In this document: positions 55,724 through 64,000 of the stretch, in pieces
How positions within the stretch are numbered: the first letter of the stretch is position 1
How the letters are laid out: each line of letters opens with the position of its first letter
IMG/VR virus record: IMGVR_UViG_3300008267_000007
Location: 1 to 64,000 of that record
DNA: 64,000 nt
Origin: a virus
Direction: 5' to 3' (one strand)
Made by a program: the position numbers and the translations under genes
The notes under the pieces: generated by a model
What the model was told of the DNA's origin: nothing
The model's input: the letters and a program-made list of their open reading frames with translations, nothing else
Databases searched by the model: none

Positions 55724-56002
55724 ATGGAATTAATTTATATTAATTTAGGAGTAATTATATTAGGAGTTATAACCTATGTAATTTGGAATCTGCTTAAAAA
55801 AGTAGAAAAACTTGAAAATCAAATTACAGTTCAAGAAAAATATATTTTAGAATTTTATGACTTAATTAAACAATCTGAGTTTAAAATTAAAGAAATAGAC
55901 AACAAACAATTATTTCAATCAGATGATGAAGTAGGTTTTTTCTTTACTAATTTAAAAACTATCCAAGAAGCACTTTCGGATTATATAAAATTTATAAAAT
56001 AG
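55724..56002 (+). CDS. membrane-anchored coiled-coil protein
   Basis: N-terminal TM, DDEVGFFF. Confidence 0.7.
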   Translation: MELIYINLGVIILGVITYVIWNLLKKVEKLENQITVQEKYILEFYDLIKQSEFKIKEIDNKQLFQSDDEVGFFFTNLKTIQEALSDYIKFIK

Positions 56003-56003
56003 T

Positions 56004-56804
56004 ATGGAAGTAGATTTAAATATAAAAAATGTATTGCTAGTACCCCAGGAAGAAACTGGGGTACAATTTACAAAGAAAGGAACAGTCCGAAAAAGAAAAC
56101 CTAAAGAAAAGAAACAATACTTTACTCAAGATACTGAAGATGCTATTATTGAGTATTTAGCTGAAACTGATCCTATAAAAAGGAATAAAATATACAATGA
56201 ACGTATTGATTATAGTTTTCATAAATTAACTGAAAATATAATTCATACTTTTAAATTTTATTATACTGAAGTAGAAACTATATCTGAACTTCAACATGAA
56301 GTAACATCATTTTTACTTGAAAAACTTCATTTATATAATCAATCAAAAGGGAAAGCTTTTTCATATTTTGGTACAATTGCTAAAAGGTATCTTATTTTAT
56401 ATAATAATAAGAATTATGAGAAGTTAAAAAATAAAGCTGAAGTTGAAGCTATAGATGAAGACCAAACTATTGTTTTAAATATAATAAATAATTCAAAAGA
56501 AGCAGATGATGTTTTAATGGGTGAAAGTTATTTTATAGATAAATTTATAACTTATACTGATGCTCATTTATTTAAAATATTCCCTGATTGTGAAGATGCT
56601 AAAACTGCAGATGCTATTATTCAGCTATTTAAACATAGAGAGAATTTAGATATTTTTAATAAGAAAGGAATTTACATTTATATTAGAGAGCAAACAGATC
56701 AAGATACTCCTCAAATTACTAAAGTAATTAAATCTCTTAAAAAAGTTCATTATAGATTATTACAACAATACTTAGATTATGGATACGTTAATTTAAATTA
56801 TTAA
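56004..56804 (+). CDS. putative phage RNA polymerase sigma factor (T4 gp55-like)
   Basis: YFT..TE.AI..Y; KAFSYFGTIAKRYLI resembles sigma region 2; lies upstream of structural genes. Confidence 0.6.
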   Translation: MEVDLNIKNVLLVPQEETGVQFTKKGTVRKRKPKEKKQYFTQDTEDAIIEYLAETDPIKRNKIYNERIDYSFHKLTENIIHTFKFYYTEVETISELQHEVTSFLLEKLHLYNQSKGKAFSYFGTIAKRYLILYNNKNYEKLKNKAEVEAIDEDQTIVLNIINNSKEADDVLMGESYFIDKFITYTDAHLFKIFPDCEDAKTADAIIQLFKHRENLDIFNKKGIYIYIREQTDQDTPQITKVIKSLKKVHYRLLQQYLDYGYVNLNY

Positions 56805-56841
56805 AAATTATAAAATTCCATATTTATAATAAAAACATATT

Positions 56842-57207
56842 ATGGATTTCAACTCAGTAGTATTATTTGGTAAAAAAACATTTGCCGATTTATTAAAAGA
56901 GATACACTCAAATTCTTCTAATAAGGAAAAACAAATAAAAGAAATGATTGAGCAATTAAAACCGTTTATCACCTCCGCAGGTGATGCGGTTATTATTGTC
57001 CCATTAATTAAGGATTATTTAGATGTATCAGTGAAAAATGATGATTTATTAATCAAAATGGCAGGTATTGTTCAAAGATCTATGAATACTAAAAATGGAG
57101 AAGATGAAGGATTTTTATCTGAAGGTGAAAAAGAACAACTTTTTCAATCCATTAAAGAATTAGATGAACAAGCAAAACAAGTAGCAGTAAAAGAATTAAA
57201 TGAGTAG
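56842..57207 (+). CDS. conserved phage hypothetical protein
   Basis: ATATTTATA upstream; ORF track. Confidence 0.7.
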   Translation: MDFNSVVLFGKKTFADLLKEIHSNSSNKEKQIKEMIEQLKPFITSAGDAVIIVPLIKDYLDVSVKNDDLLIKMAGIVQRSMNTKNGEDEGFLSEGEKEQLFQSIKELDEQAKQVAVKELNE

Positions 57208-58051
57208 TTTATATCCTAGTTTACAGGGTGCCATATCTAACATAGCTCAAGGTAAAGGGAATAAAGGTCAAAGTTTATTTTTTTTCGCTCGAGTTAATGA
57301 TATTTTATTATCTGTTAATACTAATACTAAAGATTTCTTTAAAGATGGAGGAGGTTGGGCTGGATTAGGTTCAATTAAATTTACTCCCACAGGTACTACA
57401 CCTGATGAAGGTAAACCTACTAAATTAATAGCTAAACCCTTATTTAATAATATTTCTAAATATCCTATTTTAAATGAATTAGTACTTATATTAAGTGCTC
57501 CTTCTTATGGATTAAATGAGGATCCTCAAGCTCAAACCTTTTATTATCTAACTACAGTAGGATTGTGGAATAGTGTTCATCATAACGCTTTTCCTGATAT
57601 ATCAACGTATAAAGGTGGTGAACTAAATTTTGGCCGTACATTTACCGAAAAAGAAGATATACGCAGTTTATTACCTGAAGAAGGAGATATATTATTAGAA
57701 GGTAGATGGGGTAATTCAATTAGATTTTCTTCTACTACTAAACAAAAGCAGCCTAATAATCCTTGGAGTTCACAAGGAGAAATAGGGATGCCTATTACTA
57801 TCATAAGAAATAACCAATCTAATATAGATATAAACCCTGACCCTTGGGTCCCAGTTTATGAAGATCCTAATAATGATGGATCATCAATCTACTTATGTGC
57901 TGGACAGGATATACCTTTAGAATTAGCTTCTAAAAATTTACAATCGTTTGGAGTAACAGTAGGTGCAGCCTTTAACAGTTCACTTCAGATTCCTGATCCT
58001 AAATTCCCATCACCTGACGTTTCACCTAAACAAGCAGATAATCTTAGATAA
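57200..58051 (+). CDS. putative baseplate hub/spike protein, N-terminal part (gp5-like)
   Basis: YPILNELV, EGDILLEGRWGNSIRF; baseplate context. Confidence 0.55.
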   Translation: MSSLYPSLQGAISNIAQGKGNKGQSLFFFARVNDILLSVNTNTKDFFKDGGGWAGLGSIKFTPTGTTPDEGKPTKLIAKPLFNNISKYPILNELVLILSAPSYGLNEDPQAQTFYYLTTVGLWNSVHHNAFPDISTYKGGELNFGRTFTEKEDIRSLLPEEGDILLEGRWGNSIRFSSTTKQKQPNNPWSSQGEIGMPITIIRNNQSNIDINPDPWVPVYEDPNNDGSSIYLCAGQDIPLELASKNLQSFGVTVGAAFNSSLQIPDPKFPSPDVSPKQADNLR

Positions 58052-58053
58052 CT

Positions 58054-58485
58054 ATGTCACTATATAAACCCGAATTCCCTTATTTGGGAGACCATATAAT
58101 AATCAATTCAGGTAGAGTTACTCTTAATTCTAAGGATGATTCTATATTTCTATTTGCTAAAGAGGCAATTGGTTTTTCTTCTGCAGGAGTAATTAACTTT
58201 GATTGTGATGATACTTTAACTATTAATGCTCCACTAATTCACTTAGGATTAGAAAGTGATGTTGATAAGTTACAATCTGCAATAAAAGGAGATAATTTAG
58301 TGTACTTACTAGATAGATTATTATCTTCTTTACAGGATTTAGGAACAGGATTAAGTTATGCTATTGATAGCAATGGGATAGAAATCCCATCAGTATCTGT
58401 ACCAGGAGAAAATATACAAAGTGATGCAACTAATTTACTAACCTTATTAGAGGGAATTAAATCTGATAAAACCTTTTTAATATAA
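58054..58485 (+). CDS. putative baseplate spike-associated protein
   Basis: Beta-repeat IIINSGRVTLNS...IHLG...KGD. Confidence 0.5.
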   Translation: MSLYKPEFPYLGDHIIINSGRVTLNSKDDSIFLFAKEAIGFSSAGVINFDCDDTLTINAPLIHLGLESDVDKLQSAIKGDNLVYLLDRLLSSLQDLGTGLSYAIDSNGIEIPSVSVPGENIQSDATNLLTLLEGIKSDKTFLI

Positions 58486-59975
58486 TGGCCGTACCTAAAG
58501 GATTATCTAGAATACTAAATGATGTGGCACCTAAAAGAATTAATAAGGTATCACAACAAATTATAAAAATTTTATTTAAAATTAATAGTGTTTTAAGTGA
58601 AATTAATTCTATTGACTTTTGTAATCCCTTAGGATACATTTTAACTAAAGCTTTACCTCCTGGAGGATTTTTAGAAGGTAAACTTTTAAAATATGGTAAA
58701 GATGCTTTAGATTTTGTAAACAATTTAGGAGATAAATTAAATCCTCTAAGATTAGAAAGCGAAACTATTACATCAGATGATACTCCTGAGAAAATAGCAG
58801 CTAAAGATGCAGCTTATAAAACCCGAATTCAATCCTACCAAGCATCTATTGAGGAAATAAGATTATCTCTAGAAGACATCATCCCTCCAGATGATTTAAT
58901 TGAAATTATCCCTGGTGGGGAGGGTTTAGCAAAAACTATCCAATCTATAAATTTAGCTTTAGTAGCTACTAGTGATGCTATAGATCCTACTACTGATATT
59001 GTGAATAAGATCACTATATTAAAATCATTTGCTAGAAAATTAAGTCCTTTTTTATCCCCAATTAACATAGCTACTTTAGCTTTAGGGGGGCAAGAAGCTG
59101 AAATTAATAAGAAGTTAGCTGGTATTATTCAACCTGAAAGGTTTAGAGAAAGTGTCGGTTTTTTAGTTAATCAAGTTAAAGCCATTGATAAAGCTATCGT
59201 ACAAATACAAGCTACAGTAAAACTTATTAATACAATTTTAAAAGTCATCAATGTATTAATTAAAATTTATAAATTTGTAGTTAAAATATTAACTAAACTC
59301 CAAACCCCACTAGCTGTAGGAGGTGGGGGATCTCCAGTTATATCACAAACTAATGCTGTAGTCAATACCCAATCTGACAGAATTTCTAAAACTAATCAAA
59401 TTACTGACGATTTACAAAAAATAATTAGTCAAATAACTACATTTTTAAGTGGTACTATTCTACTGAATATGAGAAGGATAAGAAGGGAAATATTAAGGCT
59501 ATTAAAGGGTCTTGATATTCTATATAAAAATCTCCAAGAGTGTGGGTATACTAACAATGATGATGCCCTTTTAAAAGCAGTACAAGGTAGTATTACTTCA
59601 TTAAAAAATAACTTAATTACTTTAGAAGAATTATTCCCTACATTAGGTAATAGAGCTAATTTACCTTCTTTATATAATGGGTACACAATTGATATTATAA
59701 AAGAGGAAGTAGCAGATGAAGGAATTACTTTATTAAGAAGGAGAGTAGTAGTAGCAGATCAAAGAGGAGTTATCCAATATGAAGGTACACCTACTTATGC
59801 TCCAGATGATCAAGTACTATTAAAAGAGGGGCAATATTATGTAAATAAGCAAGATCAAATTAGTACTAGTGATGAAGGTAATGATTCACCTACAGATCAA
59901 GAAGTAATAGATATAGTATCATTAACAGGATTGGATCCTAATAATACTATTGTGGGTTCTGTAACACCTGATTAA
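58485..59975 (+). CDS. putative structural protein (helical)
   Basis: Context among baseplate genes. Confidence 0.55.
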   Translation: MAVPKGLSRILNDVAPKRINKVSQQIIKILFKINSVLSEINSIDFCNPLGYILTKALPPGGFLEGKLLKYGKDALDFVNNLGDKLNPLRLESETITSDDTPEKIAAKDAAYKTRIQSYQASIEEIRLSLEDIIPPDDLIEIIPGGEGLAKTIQSINLALVATSDAIDPTTDIVNKITILKSFARKLSPFLSPINIATLALGGQEAEINKKLAGIIQPERFRESVGFLVNQVKAIDKAIVQIQATVKLINTILKVINVLIKIYKFVVKILTKLQTPLAVGGGGSPVISQTNAVVNTQSDRISKTNQITDDLQKIISQITTFLSGTILLNMRRIRREILRLLKGLDILYKNLQECGYTNNDDALLKAVQGSITSLKNNLITLEELFPTLGNRANLPSLYNGYTIDIIKEEVADEGITLLRRRVVVADQRGVIQYEGTPTYAPDDQVLLKEGQYYVNKQDQISTSDEGNDSPTDQEVIDIVSLTGLDPNNTIVGSVTPD

Positions 59976-60005
59976 AATAAGTTTTAATATTAAATATTTA
60001 TAAAC

Positions 60006-60491
60006 ATGAATTTAGACGCTTTTAGAAAAGTAATTAGAGAAGAAGTAAAAAAGGCTATTCAAGAAGAAATGAGAGAAGTTCTACTTGAAGCAGTTAAATC
60101 TGCTAGTAACCCTAAACCTTTAACCCAACAATATGCTCGTACTGAAGAGCCAACAAAACCCAAATTCTCAGAAGTAATTGCTGAACAACGATACACAGCA
60201 CCAAAACCTCTACCTTCAACCGGTAATCCCATGTTAGACATCTTAAATGAAACTGCTCAAGCAGGTGAATGGAGAACTTTAAATGGTGGTGACTATAATG
60301 CTTCAGATGCTGTAAGTTGGGCTGGAGGTATGCCAGGTATGGCAGGCGGATCAAATACTCCTGTAGTAGCATCAGTAGATGAAATGATTAAATCTCAAGG
60401 TCCAGTACGTGATATAAATGATGTACATATAGATGTTGTACCTGATTTTACTAAATTAATGGGTGCTTTAAAAGAAAAAGGTAGTTTATAA
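60006..60491 (+). CDS. hypothetical protein, possible virion protein
   Basis: N-terminal FRKVIREEVKKAIQEE; ATATTTATA upstream. Confidence 0.65.
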   Translation: MNLDAFRKVIREEVKKAIQEEMREVLLEAVKSASNPKPLTQQYARTEEPTKPKFSEVIAEQRYTAPKPLPSTGNPMLDILNETAQAGEWRTLNGGDYNASDAVSWAGGMPGMAGGSNTPVVASVDEMIKSQGPVRDINDVHIDVVPDFTKLMGALKEKGSL

Positions 60492-60904
60492 TGGCTTATA
60501 ATATAGTAAATATTAATCCTTTAGATCTATCTCCTAGTAAGGGGGTAGGAATCCAAGTACCTTTTAATGGTCCTACTGGATTAAATATTACTTATACTAC
60601 AAAAGAAGCTACTAAATCTAATATATTCAATTTTTTCCTTACAGGGAGAAGAGAGAGAGTAATGAACCCTACATTTGGTTCTGGTATTAGAGAACAATTA
60701 TTTGAACAGATTACTCAAGGTACTGTTCAAAATATAGAAGATATAATAAAATTTGGATTAAATGATTATTTTCCCCAAATAACAGTAAATAATTTGACAG
60801 TTAAAACGTCACCTGATCAAAATATAATTCAAGTTTATTTTAGTTATTCTATAAATAATACTAACATACAAGACGAAATTTTAATAAATTTCAATAATGG
60901 CTAA
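60491..60904 (+). CDS. baseplate wedge protein (gp25/GPW-like)
   Basis: LT..RERVMNPTFGSGI...LFE, YFP. Confidence 0.85.
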   Translation: MAYNIVNINPLDLSPSKGVGIQVPFNGPTGLNITYTTKEATKSNIFNFFLTGRRERVMNPTFGSGIREQLFEQITQGTVQNIEDIIKFGLNDYFPQITVNNLTVKTSPDQNIIQVYFSYSINNTNIQDEILINFNNG

Positions 60905-62777
60905 TACAAAGACAGTACAATACTTAAATCGCGATTTTGATAGTTTAAAAGCACAGTTAGTTAACTTTGCTAAAATATATTATCCCAACACTTATAATGA
61001 TTTTACTGAGGCATCACCTGGTATGATGCTTATAGAAATGGCTTCATATGTGGGAGATGTTATGTCTTTCTATATTGATAATCAAATTCAAGAAAATTTT
61101 CTACAATTTGCTAAACAAAGAAAAAACTTATTAGCCTTAGCATATAATTTTGGATATCGCCCTAAAGTAACAAGTGCTGCTTCAACTGTAGTTAGTGTTT
61201 ATCAAGTAGTACCATCTACTATGGTATCTGGTAGAGTTGAACCTGACTTTAATTATACTCTAATTTTAGAAGAAGGAACACAACTTCAATCAAGTCTAGA
61301 CTCATCTATATCATTTTACATAGATGAAAGAGTTGATTTTTCAACTGCAGAAACTTCCTCAGATACTGAAATTTCGGTATATTCTACTGATATAGATGGT
61401 AGACCTAATCTTTATTTACTTAAGAAACAGGTAAAAGCTACATCAGGAACCCTAACTTCGACAACATTTACATTTGGTAACCCTGAGCGTTATCCTACCG
61501 TGACTCTTAATGATAGTAACATACTAAACATATTAAGTGTAACCGATTCTGATAATAATTTGTGGTATGAAGTACCATATTTAGCACAAGATACAATATT
61601 TGAATCTACAGCTAATATTGCTTCAAATGATCCTAATTTATCCCAATACAACGACACAACACCTTATTTACTTAAATTAAAAAAAGTACCTAGAAGATTT
61701 GTATCTCGTTTTAAATCTAACAATTCCTTAGAACTTCAATTTGGGCCTGGTATATCAACCGGGGCAGATGAAGAAATTATTCCTAATTCTGATAATATAG
61801 GTTTAGGTTTACCTTATGGGGTTAACAAAATGAATACTGCTTGGGATCCTTCAAACTTTTTATATACTCAAACTTATGGAATTTCTCCTTCGAATACTAC
61901 TTTAACAGTAAATTATTTAAAGGGAGGAGGGGCAGTATCAAATACTCCTTCTAATACACTAACTAACAAAATTGGTGGTACAGTATCTTTTTCTAGTAGT
62001 AATAGAGATGGTGGGTTATCAACAACAGTTCTAAATTCACTTGCTTTCACAAATGAAAATGCAGCTGTGGGTGGGGGAGATGGAGATACAAATGAAGATA
62101 TTCGTTTAAATACTTTAGCTACTTACCCAACTCAATTAAGAGCTATAACTAAAGATGACTATATAATTAGAACCCTATCTTTACCTTCTAAGTTTGGTTT
62201 AGTTTCTAAGGCTTATGTTAATCAAGATTCAAGTATAGATGTTAATTTTAGAACAGGTTTACTTGCTACTCAAAACCCAAATGCTATATCATTATATATC
62301 CTATCTAAAGATAGTAATGGAAACCTAGCAGCACCTAGTCCTGCTCTTAAAGAAAATGTAAAAACTTACTTATCCGAATTTCGAATGATAACGGATGCAG
62401 TAAACATCAAAGAGGCTTTTATTATTAATATAGGAGTAAATTTTGATATAATAGTTAGACCTAACTATAATAATAAATTAGTATTAAATAATTGCTTAAC
62501 TACACTACAATCATTCTTTAATATTGATAAATGGCAAATCAATCAACCAATCATATTCTCAGATATTTATAGTTTACTAGATCAAGTAGAGGGGGTACAA
62601 ACTGTACAAAAAGTAGATATTATTAATAAAGCTGGAACTACCTCAGGATACTCACAATTTTCTTACGATATTAAAGGAGCTACTATTAATAATATTTTAT
62701 ATCCTTCTTTAGATCCTAGTGTTTTTGAAGTTAAAAATTTAACAACTGATCTTCAAGGTAGGGTAGTAACTTTATAA
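60897..62777 (+). CDS. baseplate wedge protein (T4 gp6 / baseplate J-like)
   Basis: RDFDSLK, SYVGDV, LA..FGY.P, QFG.G, GGGD, QLRAITKDDY. Confidence 0.88.
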   Translation: MANTKTVQYLNRDFDSLKAQLVNFAKIYYPNTYNDFTEASPGMMLIEMASYVGDVMSFYIDNQIQENFLQFAKQRKNLLALAYNFGYRPKVTSAASTVVSVYQVVPSTMVSGRVEPDFNYTLILEEGTQLQSSLDSSISFYIDERVDFSTAETSSDTEISVYSTDIDGRPNLYLLKKQVKATSGTLTSTTFTFGNPERYPTVTLNDSNILNILSVTDSDNNLWYEVPYLAQDTIFESTANIASNDPNLSQYNDTTPYLLKLKKVPRRFVSRFKSNNSLELQFGPGISTGADEEIIPNSDNIGLGLPYGVNKMNTAWDPSNFLYTQTYGISPSNTTLTVNYLKGGGAVSNTPSNTLTNKIGGTVSFSSSNRDGGLSTTVLNSLAFTNENAAVGGGDGDTNEDIRLNTLATYPTQLRAITKDDYIIRTLSLPSKFGLVSKAYVNQDSSIDVNFRTGLLATQNPNAISLYILSKDSNGNLAAPSPALKENVKTYLSEFRMITDAVNIKEAFIINIGVNFDIIVRPNYNNKLVLNNCLTTLQSFFNIDKWQINQPIIFSDIYSLLDQVEGVQTVQKVDIINKAGTTSGYSQFSYDIKGATINNILYPSLDPSVFEVKNLTTDLQGRVVTL

Positions 62778-62817
62778 AAGATATTTCTAATGTATATTTA
62801 TGTTATATATTAGATTT

Positions 62818-63819
62818 ATGGCCATTTATAAAATATTTTCTGAAAAAGATACTTTTATTTCTAAATATCGTAGTACTCAAAATTTTGGTAGAGACGAAAT
62901 TTTAGAAATTTCAAACGAAACTGATATTACATCCTTAAATGCTGATGTAACTCGTACTTTAATTAAGTTTTCTCCTTCCCAAATAAGCAATGTTTTAACT
63001 AATATAGTAAGTGGGAGTTTCACATCTAATTTAAAATTATTTTTGGCTAACGCCACTTTACCTGTAGATTATACTATATATGCTTACCCAATCTCACAGA
63101 GTTGGGATATGGGATTAGGTAAATCTGCTGATAAACCCATTACTACCGTTGGAGTTACATGGGATACTGCGCCATTATATATCACTTCATCCGGAGCATC
63201 CCAATCTTTTTCATACCCTGATAATAAAGATATTAATCTTAATTTAACTACCATTGTCAGTCAATGGAATTCAGGTTCACTTAGCAATCATGGAGTATTA
63301 TTAAAACTTTCTTCTAGTATAGAAGATAGTAATACACCTCTAATTACTAGTTTCTTCTCAATGGACACTCATACTATTTACCCACCTCAATTAGAATTTA
63401 GATGGGATGATAGTTCATATAGCTCTTCACTAACTCAGGTGACAACAACTGATTTTACTTCTGTAATTTCTAACAACAAACCTGAGTTTGAAGAGAATAC
63501 AACTTATAATTTTAGAATTAAATCCCGAGATAGATTTCCTGCTAGGGCATTTCAAACTTCTTCTGTATACTTAAATGTAAAAGCTTTACCTTCATCTTCA
63601 TATTGGGCATTAAAAGATGTTAAAACTGAAGAAATGGTAATTGATTTTGATACTAATTACACTAAAATAAGTTGTGATAATGTTAGTAATTACTTTAGAA
63701 TATATATGGGTGGTTTAGAGCCTGAAAGATATTATCAAATTTTAATAAAAACTATACTCCCAGATGGTGAAGTTATAGTTATAGATAATGAATCAAATTA
63801 TTTTAAAATAGTTAGATAA
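62818..63819 (+). CDS. virion structural protein (DNRLRE-like beta domain)
   Basis: KDT.I...NFG.DEILE, SW..G.G, NHG..LK, TIYPPQLEF.WDD. Confidence 0.55.
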   Translation: MAIYKIFSEKDTFISKYRSTQNFGRDEILEISNETDITSLNADVTRTLIKFSPSQISNVLTNIVSGSFTSNLKLFLANATLPVDYTIYAYPISQSWDMGLGKSADKPITTVGVTWDTAPLYITSSGASQSFSYPDNKDINLNLTTIVSQWNSGSLSNHGVLLKLSSSIEDSNTPLITSFFSMDTHTIYPPQLEFRWDDSSYSSSLTQVTTTDFTSVISNNKPEFEENTTYNFRIKSRDRFPARAFQTSSVYLNVKALPSSSYWALKDVKTEEMVIDFDTNYTKISCDNVSNYFRIYMGGLEPERYYQILIKTILPDGEVIVIDNESNYFKIVR

Positions 63820-64000
63820 TGGCTGAGATAGTTCAATTAAATAAAACAGTTTATGGTAAAATCACATATCCAAATGTGATTGATACTCAATTTACTCAAT
63901 TATTAAAACCCCAAACTGAAGTTACTTCATCTGCGATGACAATAAATCAATTTTTTCAGGGGTATAATGATTTATTTTATGAAATCCCTACTGAAGGAGA
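63819..64000 (+). CDS. partial ORF running off the window end
   Basis: TAATG overlap; MAEIVQLNKTVY... open to the end. Confidence 0.6.
   Translation, partial: MAEIVQLNKTVYGKITYPNVIDTQFTQLLKPQTEVTSSAMTINQFFQGYNDLFYEIPTEG

Noticed and set aside
273-60372. Minus-strand and nested ORFs in the supplied track (e.g. 5699..6094, 13824..14054, 16130..16492, 51767..52102, 7664..8044)
   Set aside because: They overlap well-supported + strand genes, lack motifs, and look like shadow frames.
1-64000. Alternative genetic code (stop-codon reassignment)
   Set aside because: Known genes are full length in the standard code and coding density is high. The polB break involves TAA and several in-frame stops.

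Overview
AT-rich (roughly 30% GC by eye) 64-kb segment of a large, myovirus-like dsDNA phage. The host is most likely a Bacteroidota: promoters resemble TTTG-N19-TAnnTTT, starts are A-rich without Shine-Dalgarno sites, and there is a DUF4494-like gene. Essentially all genes are on the + strand in the standard code. Order: small hypotheticals and a lone ABC transmembrane domain; a nucleotide metabolism/7-deazaguanine block (thyA, queD, queE, folE, phosphoribosyltransferase, MazG-like); a replication block (family B polymerase split in two around an 87-aa ORF, sliding clamp, GroES/GroEL, clamp loader, DUF1599-like, Cas4-like nuclease); a 13-kb glycosyltransferase/methyltransferase island; two repeat-bounded twin cassettes flanking an HNH-like gene; a GIY-YIG endonuclease, thioredoxin and DNA ligase; a tiled cluster of tRNA-like RNAs whose anticodon arms are all aberrant; a ~16-kb array of small genes, most behind a copy of a TTCGTATATT(T/C)AAGT promoter/leader element (32 copies counted by eye); a GC-rich structured island; then an HD protein, a sigma-like factor and baseplate genes. 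The most unusual items are the tRNA-like RNA cluster, the promoter-cassette array and twin cassettes, the in-frame split polymerase, and the deazaguanine + PRTase + MazG block. All product calls come from motif recognition by eye; no database search was run.
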